From NCBI GenBank assembly GCA_963779755.1, contig CAVZZO010000001.1, forward strand, positions 576,001-640,000: a stretch of DNA of 64,000 nucleotides, written 5' to 3'. This stretch comes from an uncultured Gemmatimonadales bacterium (GTDB lineage Bacteria > Gemmatimonadota > Gemmatimonadetes > Gemmatimonadales > GWC2-71-9). The translations under genes and the position numbers were made by a program. Positions 26,437-35,761 of this stretch are shown piece by piece. A model generated the notes under the pieces. It worked only from the letters and a program-made list of their open reading frames with translations. It was not told where the DNA came from and did no database searches. The stretch's first letter is position 1. Every line of letters starts with the position of its first letter.

Positions 26437-27792
26437 TCAGGCCACCGGGGGCCCCGCGTCGGCGGCGGATTGCCCTGCTGCAACGGATCTCCGGGCACCG
26501 CTCCGCCCGCGGCCGGGATGCAGGACACGCAGGGTCTCCGTGTGCGGTTTCCCGTCCCGATCGCCAACCCTCTCAGCCAGATGGACGCGGTCGCCGCCGG
26601 CACGCTTGGCTGCGTAACAGGCGGCGTCGGCCGCCCCGAGAGCGGCGGCCACCCCCGACGCCGGGGCCACCGGGTGCAGGCCGATGCTGGCGGTCAGCGA
26701 AAAGGACCGGCCTTTCCATTCAAAGCGATGCCGTGCGATCGCGGCCCGCACGCTTTCCGCTGTCCGGATCGCTTCGATGACGGAACAGCCCGCCAGAAGG
26801 ACGCCGAACTCGTCGCCCCCCAGGCGCGCCAGGGTATCGCGTAACCGCATGTGGCCGCCAAGCAGCGCGCTGAGACTCTGGAGCACCCGGTCCCCCGCCT
26901 CATGGCCGCACAGATCATTGATCTGTTTGAAGTTGTCGAGGTCGAGGTACAGGAGCACTCGATTCGGCCCGGCCCCTGCGGCCGGGTCGGGCCGTACGCG
27001 AGCCAGCCGGCGCTCGAACTCCCGCCGGTTGACCAGCCCGGTCAGATCATCGTGGCTGGCTTCGAACTTCAGGCGATGCCCCACGCGGCGTCTTTCCCGT
27101 TCATCCCGGATGACGAGCACCACGCCCAGCGTGGCGCCGTCGCAGCTCCGGATAGGCGCCGCCGAATCGGAGATGGGCACCTCGCTGCCGTCGCGACGGA
27201 CCAGCAGCACGCCATCTTCCAGATCGACGGGGCGTTCCTCGCTCAGGCAGCGTGCAGTGGTGTCCGGGATCGGCTGCCGGCTGGACTCGGAGATGAGGAC
27301 CATGACCCCGTTCACCGGCTGGTCCAGCGCTTCGCTGCTGTCCCAGCCGGTCAGCCGCACCGCGGCCGGGTTGAGATAGGTGACGGCGCCGGTAAGGTCC
27401 GTCATGATGATGGCATCCCCCATCGATTCCAGAATCGCGCGGCCGGGAAGGGTAAGGTCGCGCAGGATCAACACGCGCTGCCCCGCGCCCCCTGCCTCCC
27501 AGAGCTGCCGGGTCAGCATCACCTGGAGGGTGGTCCCATCCCGCCGCCGGACGTCACACTCTACCGGTCCATCCCCCGGCCCGCCCGGCGATTCCCACGG
27601 CGCGTCGGGCCGCCGGTGCAGCCGCATGGGAATGAGCCGGCTCAGGGGGGTGCCGAGCAGTTCGCCCTCGGTCCAACCCAGGAGGCGCTGTGCCTCCGGG
27701 TTGAGCGCCAGCACCCGCTCCCGGCGGCTGACCAGGACCATGGCCTGGGTGGCCGCATCGTGGAGCCGGTGGAAAGCGCAAGCTGGAGACAA
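26437..27792 (-). CDS. PAS-PAS diguanylate cyclase
   Basis: Two PAS domains, DDLTGLVNRR, DLDNFKQIND, RLGGDEF; start uncertain. Confidence 0.88.
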   Translation of the reverse strand: MSPACAFHRLHDAATQAMVLVSRRERVLALNPEAQRLLGWTEGELLGTPLSRLIPMRLHRRPDAPWESPGGPGDGPVECDVRRRDGTTLQVMLTRQLWEAGGAGQRVLILRDLTLPGRAILESMGDAIIMTDLTGAVTYLNPAAVRLTGWDSSEALDQPVNGVMVLISESSRQPIPDTTARCLSEERPVDLEDGVLLVRRDGSEVPISDSAAPIRSCDGATLGVVLVIRDERERRRVGHRLKFEASHDDLTGLVNRREFERRLARVRPDPAAGAGPNRVLLYLDLDNFKQINDLCGHEAGDRVLQSLSALLGGHMRLRDTLARLGGDEFGVLLAGCSVIEAIRTAESVRAAIARHRFEWKGRSFSLTASIGLHPVAPASGVAAALGAADAACYAAKRAGGDRVHLAERVGDRDGKPHTETLRVLHPGRGRSGARRSVAAGQSAADAGPPVA

Positions 27793-27989
27793 CAGGCACC
27801 TCTGGCGTATCGGAGTGTTTCAGGGCCGTTCAACGCCGGCATGCGGCGTCCCTTCAACCCGACTAAAGTCTATCGGGCCGGGCCGCTGCGGACCATCGCT
27901 CATTGGGATGATCGAGGGAGTAGTGCGAAGGAATGAACCCGGGGCCCCGGCCGGACCGAGCGGTGGCGGCTGCGCCCCTCCGGCCCGGC

Positions 27990-28391
27990 TCAGCCGGCGC
28001 CGGGGCCTGGGGGCAGCTGGTGCACCGTCAGCAGCATGTCGCTCGGTTCCAGCGCGCGGACCGAATGCGGCATCCCCGGCGCCAGGGCGAGGACGCTGCC
28101 GGCGCCCATCTCATGGGTTTCCTCGTCGGCGGCGACGCGGAGGCGCCCGCGCAGAACGTGCAACAGGACTTCCCCTTCCGCCTGATGCTCCTTGAGCAGC
28201 CCCTCACGATCGAAGGCGAACAGGATGACCGTGACGGGCCCGTGGCGGGCCACGGCCATCTGGCGATGCCCGTCAATGGCCGGATGCGGCTCGGCCCGCA
28301 GGGATGCAGCCATGGCGGCAAGGTCAATGACCTGAACCGGTGAGGCGAGTCGCTCGTCGGGATGCTCGCGGAGACGGCCGGGATTGTTCAT
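27990..28391 (-). CDS. Cupin domain protein
   Basis: LKEHQAEGEVLLHVLRG, PGMPHSV. Confidence 0.85.
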   Translation of the reverse strand: MNNPGRLREHPDERLASPVQVIDLAAMAASLRAEPHPAIDGHRQMAVARHGPVTVILFAFDREGLLKEHQAEGEVLLHVLRGRLRVAADEETHEMGAGSVLALAPGMPHSVRALEPSDMLLTVHQLPPGPGAG

Positions 28392-28521
28392 GGGAACCTG
28401 CCTGACTGTGGGCAAAGGACTCACCGACACCGATCCGTTGAGCCTAACCCTGAAGGCCGGGGAACTCCAGCCGCGGTGGAGGCTCCGGGGCGGGAGGAAG
28501 GCTGGCCGGCCGCCGGCCCGG

Positions 28522-29325
28522 CTAATCGGCCAGCAGGTGAGCGATATCGACGATGCGCCCGCGCCAGTAGGGCCGCCGGCCTTCGGGCAGCAGCCACGCC
28601 ACTTCGCCTTCCAGCGGGATGCGCATCCCGCTGCATTCCTGATGATCCCGAAATCGTCCTTCCCAGGGTGTGGGGATGAAGGCGCGACCTTCCATCCGGC
28701 CTCGGGCGTCGGCCCTGACCGTTTCGATCATACCCTCCTGATCGAAGCGGTACACCATGGTTACGGTGAGCAGGCCGTCCACCAGCGTAGCCTTCGCGGA
28801 GTGGTCGTTCACCGCCTCCCACCGAACGCCCTGGCTGGGCAGCAGCGCGGTCGGGTACCAGGCCGCCTCGGCCAGGAAGCGCAGCAGCTCGCCCCGGGCA
28901 AACTCCCCGGTCCCGTGCTGGTCGGCAACGGTAACGAGGCCCCCGAGAACCGCGTGCAGAATGCCCTCACCGGCTATATACGCGTCGTGCACCCGGACGC
29001 TCAGCCCGGGCATCATGCGGACCCGGGCACTCCAGTCGAACCCCGGGCGCCGGGTGATCACCAGCTGGTCGGACGAGAACGGCTTCCACCGGTCCTTCCG
29101 CGACCCCAGGTTGAAGGTGCCCCGGTGGTGAATGCGCACGCCGGCGACCATGGCCGCTCCAGGCCGGAGCACGAGGCGGAAATAGCGTTGCACCGGCGGC
29201 GGGAGACTCGCCCATTCCGCAGGGTCCACTACCCGCGGCTCCAGCGGCAGGCGGGCCGCCTCGAGCCTCTCGCGCAGGCGTTGATGAAGCCGCAGATTCC
29301 GCAACTGGATGGGAAAACCGGCCAA
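28522..29325 (-). CDS. DUF6544/DUF6920-like protein
   Basis: LPPPVQRY, RFLAEAAWYPTALL, RIPLEGEVAW; start uncertain. Confidence 0.75.
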   Translation of the reverse strand: MAGFPIQLRNLRLHQRLRERLEAARLPLEPRVVDPAEWASLPPPVQRYFRLVLRPGAAMVAGVRIHHRGTFNLGSRKDRWKPFSSDQLVITRRPGFDWSARVRMMPGLSVRVHDAYIAGEGILHAVLGGLVTVADQHGTGEFARGELLRFLAEAAWYPTALLPSQGVRWEAVNDHSAKATLVDGLLTVTMVYRFDQEGMIETVRADARGRMEGRAFIPTPWEGRFRDHQECSGMRIPLEGEVAWLLPEGRRPYWRGRIVDIAHLLAD

Positions 29326-29338
29326 GGTCCTGCTCCTC

Positions 29339-29782
29339 CTATACTCCGATATCCTCGTTCCAGAGCCCGGGGTGCTCCCGGATGAAATCGTTCATGAGCG
29401 CGATGCACTCCGGGTCCTGCAGGATTTCGAGCTCGACTCCGCGCGACCGGAGCAGATCCTCCTCGCCCCGGAAGGTCCGGTTCTCCCCGATCACCACGCG
29501 CGGGATGCCGTAAAGCAGAATCGCACCGCTGCACATGGCGCAGGGCGACAGCGTGGTGTAGAGGGTACACTCCCGGTACACCGAGGCCGGGTGCCTGCCA
29601 GCCCGTTCCAGCGCGTCCATCTCCCCATGCCGGATCACGCTGCCGTCCTGCACCCGGCGGTTGTGCCCCCGGCCGAGGAAGGTCTCGCCGTGCACCAGCA
29701 CGGAGCCGATCGGAATCCCGCCTTCCTCCAGGCCCAGGCGGGCCTGGGCGATAGCCGCTTCCATGAACCGGTCCCGGCTCAT
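29339..29782 (-). CDS. Zn-dependent cytosine/nucleoside deaminase
   Basis: EGGIPIG, HGE, LYTTLSPCAMC, WNEDIG. Confidence 0.92.
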   Translation of the reverse strand: MSRDRFMEAAIAQARLGLEEGGIPIGSVLVHGETFLGRGHNRRVQDGSVIRHGEMDALERAGRHPASVYRECTLYTTLSPCAMCSGAILLYGIPRVVIGENRTFRGEEDLLRSRGVELEILQDPECIALMNDFIREHPGLWNEDIGV

Positions 29783-29817
29783 CTCGCGGCCCCCCGGCTG
29801 GTGGGCAATCGCCTCAT

Positions 29818-30630
29818 TCAGCGCAGCGCCTGCGCCAGCGCTTCCGGCCCGATGCCCCGGAAGATGGTGGCGTGGGTCAGGTCCGGCCGAGGCCGGTAGA
29901 CCCACTGGAGCCCGGCCGGCGGAGCGGTACGGAGCAGCTCGGCCAGGTGCGCCGTGGGCTTCGCGATCTCCGGCACATTCGAGCTGGACAGGAAGAGCGT
30001 CCGCGGCGCGGGGTCGAACGCCGCCAGGCCGGCCGCGGCCGAGTCCGCCAACGTCCCGCCGTTCCACCACAGGCTCGGGTCGAGCGCGACGTAATGGGTG
30101 AAGAGCGACGGCTCCTTGAGGAACGTCTCTACGATAAAGAGCCCGGCCAGCGACTCGCCCACGATGCTCCGTTCGGCAGTAGTGCGGTAGCGGGCGTCGA
30201 TCGCCGGGATCAGCTCCTCCCGGATGAACCGCCGGAAGTCCGCCGAATGCCCCGGGTTCGGCACGGCGACGGCCGCGCTGTCGGCGGCGAGAGTGGTGAC
30301 GGTGGTGAGGTCACGGCGGCGCTGGGTATTGGGGATCCCCACCACTATGACGGGGCGAATCTCCCCCAGGGCCGCCAGCGAATCCACCGTGTTGACCACA
30401 TGGGGGAAGTCCTCGTCGATCCCCCCGTCGGGCATGTAGAGCACGGGGTAGCGGGTCGTTCGCGAAGCGTCATAGCCCGCCGGCACATGCACGTTGATCG
30501 GCCGGGTCTCAGCCAGAACGCTCGACGCTATCGACAGCGTGTCGTGTGCGGGCACCCGGTCGGGGGGTGGAGTGGTCTGGGCGGCGAGCGGCGCGGCGGC
30601 GAGGAAGAGGGCGAAGCGGAAAGAGCGCAT
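29818..30630 (-). CDS. Secreted IroE-like alpha/beta hydrolase (esterase)
   Basis: YPVLYMPDG, GESLAG, DPSLWW, THATI. Confidence 0.88.
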   Translation of the reverse strand: MRSFRFALFLAAAPLAAQTTPPPDRVPAHDTLSIASSVLAETRPINVHVPAGYDASRTTRYPVLYMPDGGIDEDFPHVVNTVDSLAALGEIRPVIVVGIPNTQRRRDLTTVTTLAADSAAVAVPNPGHSADFRRFIREELIPAIDARYRTTAERSIVGESLAGLFIVETFLKEPSLFTHYVALDPSLWWNGGTLADSAAAGLAAFDPAPRTLFLSSSNVPEIAKPTAHLAELLRTAPPAGLQWVYRPRPDLTHATIFRGIGPEALAQALR

Positions 30631-30639
30631 ACGAATCGA

Positions 30640-30665
30640 GGGACAGGGGACAAGGGACAAGGGAA
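30640..30665. repeat. Heptamer repeat (GGGACA[AG])n
   Basis: gggacag gggacaa gggacaa gggaa. Confidence 0.7.
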
Positions 30666-30685
30666 GAGAGAGAGGGCCGGCGGCT

Positions 30686-31072
30686 TCAGCCGAGCCTGGC
30701 GCCGTGTTCCCGCAGCAGCTCGCGCAGCACGGAGCGGTGGCAGCGGTGTTCATCGGCGCAGTAACACCCTACCGACAGGTTGGTCCGGTGCGACAGGGCG
30801 GCGAGCAGCTCGAGGAGCCGCACCTTCGCCGGCGCCCGCATCTCGGCCCGGTAGCGCCGGACAAATGCCTGCCATTCCCGGTCGGTTTCGGCCTGCAAGG
30901 CCTGCTTCACCAGCTCGGCACTGGGCGCCAGGTCCGGCAGCCAGGTGTCGTACCAGTTGTCGGCGGCGTAGCGGTCCTTCGGCACGCCGCGCGGCGGCCG
31001 CCGGACGGTGCCGATCCGGAGTCCCTCGTCGCGGCCGCGGGCGCTACCCAGGCGCACCACCCGAAGCGTCAT
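30686..31072 (-). CDS. DUF488 (YeaO-like) family protein
   Basis: RRPPRGVPK, WLPDLAPS, CYCADEHRCHRSVL. Confidence 0.88.
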   Translation of the reverse strand: MTLRVVRLGSARGRDEGLRIGTVRRPPRGVPKDRYAADNWYDTWLPDLAPSAELVKQALQAETDREWQAFVRRYRAEMRAPAKVRLLELLAALSHRTNLSVGCYCADEHRCHRSVLRELLREHGARLG

Positions 31073-31770
31073 CCGGGGTCCGGCTCCCGCTGGTCGGGCG
31101 GCTGCCCGGCCTCCAATGCCACCCGCTCGGCGATGGCATCCATCTGCCGGCGGCGCAGCCGGGCCCAGGCCGGCAGCCGGATCGCACTGCCGGCGAACAG
31201 CCCCAGTCCCATGAGCCACAGCACCAGTGTTCCGGACAGTGAGTCCGCGAACTGGCCGGCGGCCGCACCGGCGAGAGTGGCCGCGCCGGCGATGCCGAGC
31301 AGGCCGGCGCCTGCGGTCATCCACAAGCGGGCATTGCCCTTTACCGTCCGGAGCCGCAGCTGCTGGCCCGTCGGGCTCGGCTCCAGCATGACCTGCAGGT
31401 TCCCGTTGGTCCACTGGCGCAGTGTCCCGTCGGCGCGCACCCTGCCGGCGGCATTGAAGACCTGGCGTAGCTCGACCACCAGCTGCTCCCATTCCGAGTC
31501 CGAGAGCCGCCGGTCGAGGGCCACGACGCGCTCGACTGCCAGGGGAAGGCCGAAGAACCGGCGCGAGACCATACCGCCCGGGCGCGGTTCGAGAGCAGCG
31601 GCGGCCCGGGCGATCGCCTCAGGCGCGATGCCGACCTCCCGCCCGATCTCCTGGAGGTCGGGCAGGGTCAGGCCGTCGGTGCGGGCACTCTGCGCCGGAA
31701 GTTGGGGCCCCTCGGCAGCCCGCTGGAAGATGGCCGCGATCTCGTCGTCGCTGTAGCGTCGGTCGGTCAT
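31069..31770 (-). CDS. Hypothetical membrane protein
   Basis: RRYSDDEIAAIFQRA..GLTLPDLQEIGREVGI; two C-terminal TM. Confidence 0.75.
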   Translation of the reverse strand: MTDRRYSDDEIAAIFQRAAEGPQLPAQSARTDGLTLPDLQEIGREVGIAPEAIARAAAALEPRPGGMVSRRFFGLPLAVERVVALDRRLSDSEWEQLVVELRQVFNAAGRVRADGTLRQWTNGNLQVMLEPSPTGQQLRLRTVKGNARLWMTAGAGLLGIAGAATLAGAAAGQFADSLSGTLVLWLMGLGLFAGSAIRLPAWARLRRRQMDAIAERVALEAGQPPDQREPDPG

Positions 31771-31819
31771 GGAGGGTGAAAATCGCCAGAAGAGGCGGGA
31801 TCGTGCAATCGTCGCGCCG

Positions 31820-32452
31820 CTAGAGGGTACCGCGGCGCGCCCATGACAGGGCGGGATGGAGCCAGGCGGCCCTGGGCACGAAAAAGGTGCCGTGGCCCAG
31901 GCCCAGGCTCAGCGCGATCTCCCGCGTCCTGGTGCCCGCTCCCGCGCGTTGAAACAACGGCGCGCAGGAGACGCCCAGCGAATCGCTGGTCTCATACATG
32001 GACAGAATGCGGCCGGTCACCTGCAGGTCGGCACGGTCAAACGCCCACGGGCCGCATCCCGCCATGAACACATACCTGATCTTCGGATTCCGCAGCCGCG
32101 ATGAGGCAATGATGGCGATGGCCGCGCCTTTGGAGAAGCCTATCACGGTAATGGACTCGGCGGGAACGCCGGTGCCGAGCAGGCTGTCGACCTGCCGCAC
32201 GACGTCGGTGGCAAACGAGTCGGCCCGGATGCCGGCCGGTCGCTGCTCGCTCAGGACGACGGCGCCTCCCTGCCGCAGGCTGTCGAGAATCGCGTCATAC
32301 TCATAAGTGCCGTACCGGGGATCGGTGGGGTGGCGCCCCTGCTGTTCGACGATGAGGGCATGGAGGTAGATGATATACCGTGGCACCCCGCTCCGGGCCG
32401 GCGACGGGGCCAGGGCCAGTACGGCAAGCATGGTCAGGAGCAGACGGGACAT
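31820..32452 (-). CDS. Secreted alpha/beta hydrolase
   Basis: Signal peptide, YLH, GFSKG nucleophile elbow, GHG. Confidence 0.8.
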   Translation of the reverse strand: MSRLLLTMLAVLALAPSPARSGVPRYIIYLHALIVEQQGRHPTDPRYGTYEYDAILDSLRQGGAVVLSEQRPAGIRADSFATDVVRQVDSLLGTGVPAESITVIGFSKGAAIAIIASSRLRNPKIRYVFMAGCGPWAFDRADLQVTGRILSMYETSDSLGVSCAPLFQRAGAGTRTREIALSLGLGHGTFFVPRAAWLHPALSWARRGTL

Positions 32453-32552
32453 TTCTTCCTCCGTTGCTGGTATGCGGAGCTCCGGTGTGTCTGCCCTCCC
32501 AAGTTACGCGTCCCGGATTGCGCGCAAGGGGAGGGCGGCCATCCGCGCAGCT

Positions 32553-34613
32553 TCACCAGATCCGTACCCGCGCATCCGGCGCCAGGTACAGCTTTTCTCC
32601 CGGCTGGACATCGAACGCCGGGTACCAGGCATCCAGGTTGCGCACGGTGAGCGCCCGCCAGGGCCCCGGCGAGTGGCCGTCGGTCAGCAGCCGCCGGCGC
32701 AGCAGCGGGTCGCGGTACTTGATCCGCCACACCTGGCCGAAGCTCAGGAAGAACTGCTGGTCGCCGCTGAAATCGTCCCAGGCCGGCGCCTCCGCTCCTC
32801 CCAGCGAGGCCCGCCAGGCATCGTAGGCGGAGGTGAGTCCCGCCAGGTCGGCAATATTCTCGGCCAGCGTCAGCTTGCCGTTGATGGCCAGGTCGGGGAA
32901 GGGATGGTAGGCGTCGTACTGCCGCACCAGCCGCTCGGTGGCCTGGGCAAAGTGGGCCGAGTCGGCCGGCGTCCACCAGTTCCTGAGGCGGCCGTGAGCG
33001 TCGAAGTTCGAGCCCAGGTTGTCGAAGCTGTGGCTGATCTCGTGGCCGATCACCGCGCCGATGGCGGCGTAATTCATGGCGGCCGGCCGGGCCGGATCGA
33101 AGAAGGGCGGCTCCAGGATGGCCGCGGGGAAGTTCATGGCGTTCATGGCCGGCATGTTTACGGCGTTCACCGTCTGCGGCGTCATGGACCACTCGGAGCG
33201 GTCTACCGGCCGGTGCAGCTTGGCCAGGTTCTCCCGGTACTCGAACCGCTCCACCCGGTCCGCGTTGCCGTAGGCGTCGCCCGCCACGATCTCCACCCCC
33301 TCATAGCCGGGCCAGTGGTCGGGATACCCGACGCTCACGCGCAACGTCCGGAGCTTCGCCTTCGCCTCGGCTTTGGTGGCCGGCGCCATCCAGGCCAGCC
33401 GGTCGATCCGGCGGTTGAATGCCTGGATGATCCCCGCCACCATCGCTTCGGCCTGACGCTTGGCGCGGGGCGGGAAGTAGCGGGCCACGTACAGGCTGCC
33501 GACCGCGAAGCCGAGCGCGTTGCTGGTGGCGTAGACCGCCCGGCGCGCGCGGGGCTCCTGTTCGGGAGAGCCGGTCAGTGTCTTGCCGAAGAAGGCGAAG
33601 GCTTCATGATCGAACGCCGGCGGCAGCACGCCGGCATGATGCTCGACGGCGTGATAGGCCAGCAGGGCCTTCCAGGAATCGAGCGGCTCGCTCGCCACCA
33701 GCGCCGAGAGGCCGGTGATGGCCGACGGCTGCCAGGCCACGAAGGTCTGGATGTCGCCCAGGCCGGCGGCGGTGAAGAACGCGTCCCAGTCGAGCCCCGG
33801 CGCCTTGCGGGGGAAGTCGGCCGGGGCCCAGTGGTTATTCCCCTTCACCACGTCCCAGGTATCCTCCCGGCTCTCGTGAGCGCGGGCGATCTTCGTTTCC
33901 AGCTCAAGGACGGCATCCGCCATGCTCCCCGCCTCGCTGAACCCGGCCAGCGTGAGCATCCGGGCCACGTGCTCCCGGTACTGGTCGCGGACCTGGGCCA
34001 TGGCGGACGCGGTGTCGAGATAGTAGCTCCGGTCGGGCAGCATCAGTCCGCCCTGGAGCAGCGCGGCGGAGTTCCGGGTGGGGGTATCGAAGTCCTGATC
34101 CACCCAGAGGCCGAAGAGATTCTCGGTGTCCAGCCGGCCGTCGTTGATGACATCCACGTCGGCTCGCAGCGTCGCCCCGATGAACCGCGCCAGCGCCGTG
34201 CGGTCGGTGATGGCGGCGATCTGGCCCAGCAGCGGCCGCAAGGGCGAGAGGCCGGCCCGCTCGATGGCCATGGTATCGAGATAAGCGGTGTAGAAGTCGC
34301 CGATCCTGCGCCGGCTGGAGCCGGCCGGCGCCCCGGCCGCCGCGGCGTCCCGGACCAGCTCCGTCAGGCGCTCGCTGGCCCGCTCCGCCGCCACGTTGAA
34401 CGAGCCGTAGGAGCTGCGGTCGGCGGGAATCTCCGCCTCGCGCAGCCAGGTGCCGTTGGCGTAACGGAAGAAATCGTCGCCCGGGCGCACCGAGCGGTCC
34501 ATGCCGGCGGTATCCAGACCGGCGGTGGGGCGCTGGGCGCTGAGCGGCGCCGCCGCGACAAGCAGAAGGGCGACGGCGAGCAGCAGTCGCGGGCGGAAGC
34601 CTGAAGGGCTCAT
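32553..34613 (-). CDS. M13 family (neprilysin/PepO-like) metallopeptidase
   Basis: DFFRYANG, VNA, HEISH, ENIAD. Confidence 0.95.
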   Translation of the reverse strand: MSPSGFRPRLLLAVALLLVAAAPLSAQRPTAGLDTAGMDRSVRPGDDFFRYANGTWLREAEIPADRSSYGSFNVAAERASERLTELVRDAAAAGAPAGSSRRRIGDFYTAYLDTMAIERAGLSPLRPLLGQIAAITDRTALARFIGATLRADVDVINDGRLDTENLFGLWVDQDFDTPTRNSAALLQGGLMLPDRSYYLDTASAMAQVRDQYREHVARMLTLAGFSEAGSMADAVLELETKIARAHESREDTWDVVKGNNHWAPADFPRKAPGLDWDAFFTAAGLGDIQTFVAWQPSAITGLSALVASEPLDSWKALLAYHAVEHHAGVLPPAFDHEAFAFFGKTLTGSPEQEPRARRAVYATSNALGFAVGSLYVARYFPPRAKRQAEAMVAGIIQAFNRRIDRLAWMAPATKAEAKAKLRTLRVSVGYPDHWPGYEGVEIVAGDAYGNADRVERFEYRENLAKLHRPVDRSEWSMTPQTVNAVNMPAMNAMNFPAAILEPPFFDPARPAAMNYAAIGAVIGHEISHSFDNLGSNFDAHGRLRNWWTPADSAHFAQATERLVRQYDAYHPFPDLAINGKLTLAENIADLAGLTSAYDAWRASLGGAEAPAWDDFSGDQQFFLSFGQVWRIKYRDPLLRRRLLTDGHSPGPWRALTVRNLDAWYPAFDVQPGEKLYLAPDARVRIW

Positions 34614-34756
34614 GGCGTCTCCGGAATCACGGTGGTTGAACGGGAAGCTAATGTACTCGCCGCCGCCCGTATCCGGGGAGCCGCCCGCGCCCACTTGACG
34701 GCGGAACCCGTCTCGGGAACCGGTCGGCGGCCGGTAGCGAAGGGCAGTCGCCGGGG

Positions 34757-35113
34757 CTAGGGCGTCGCCGCCAGCACGATACTCACGTCCTGCGTCTCCG
34801 CCGTGGCGCACCCGCAGGATGGGGAGATCCCCGCGACGTCTACTGACCGCTGGCTACTCTGGTAGCCTGGAGCGCTCACGGTGAGGCTGTAACTCCCCGG
34901 CAGGCCCACGATGGTACAGCTCGAATCGCAGGGCAGGGTGCCGCTCATGGGGCCGGCAAAATCCACCGTGGCCCCCGGCACCGAGCCGGTCGAGCCCTGG
35001 GCACTCACCTGCAACCTGATGGCGATGGGCGCGGCGCAGGGCAGCGCCAGGCAGTCCGTGCCGCTGCAGGCGGGAAGCAGGGCCAGCGCGAGAACCGCCA
35101 CCTGCTTCAACAT
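34757..35113 (-). CDS. Cys-rich lipoprotein with carboxypeptidase-regulatory-like domain
   Basis: LPAC lipobox; VPGATV, PGSYSLTVSAPGY. Confidence 0.7.
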   Translation of the reverse strand: MLKQVAVLALALLPACSGTDCLALPCAAPIAIRLQVSAQGSTGSVPGATVDFAGPMSGTLPCDSSCTIVGLPGSYSLTVSAPGYQSSQRSVDVAGISPSCGCATAETQDVSIVLAATP

Positions 35114-35239
35114 GGAAACCTCCCCGTTCGACGTCCTCATGGTTGGCTCCGTCTCTCCTGAGGGGCTCGGCCCCTCCACTCCTGCCCACGTCCTGGTGAC
35201 CACCCGGACCGCACAGCGCCGTCCGTTACCTGGCCCGGG

Positions 35240-35725
35240 TCAGTCGGCGGCAGGTGTTTCGGCCCGCGCGCGTTGCAGCGAGAATGATCCGTTGGGGGGT
35301 GTGCCGCCCGGCATTTCCTGGGTCCAGTGCCCGGTTACGCTGTCGCCGGCCAGCCGCCCCGCGAACCCCAGGTTGCCACAGTTGGTGCAGCGGCCCGTCA
35401 GCCGCAGGTAGAGCACCACCGCGCTGTCGGCGGCGAGAAAGGCGGAAGCGCTGGAATCACTGGGGGGCGCGGGAAGCCAGGCGCCGTTCTGGAGCTGGAA
35501 ACTGCCCTCGAGCGTTCCGCCCTTCAGTACCTGGGGCACCTCGGGATCGGCCGTGTCCGACGGGGCCAGAGTAACCAGGGCATGCAGGTCGTCGTAACCG
35601 GACCGGTGCGCTACCAGCTCCCAGCGGCCGGCCAGCCGGGCGGCGTCTCCGGGGACCGGGTCTTCCCCCGCCCGGGAACAGGCGGCGAGGGCAAGAAGCG
35701 CTACCAGCAGACAGCGAGTCGGCAT
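35240..35725 (-). CDS. Hypothetical lipoprotein
   Basis: LAAC lipobox; LAGRWEL; CTNC. Confidence 0.7.
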   Translation of the reverse strand: MPTRCLLVALLALAACSRAGEDPVPGDAARLAGRWELVAHRSGYDDLHALVTLAPSDTADPEVPQVLKGGTLEGSFQLQNGAWLPAPPSDSSASAFLAADSAVVLYLRLTGRCTNCGNLGFAGRLAGDSVTGHWTQEMPGGTPPNGSFSLQRARAETPAAD

Positions 35726-35761
35726 GATGATATGAGGCTCATGGTGATGTCTTCCGGGATG

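Noticed and set aside
25503..27915. Shared CATTnnnATGRTCGA motif at 25503 and 27901 as a NarL-type site
   Set aside because: Only two good copies, with inconsistent orientation relative to downstream genes.
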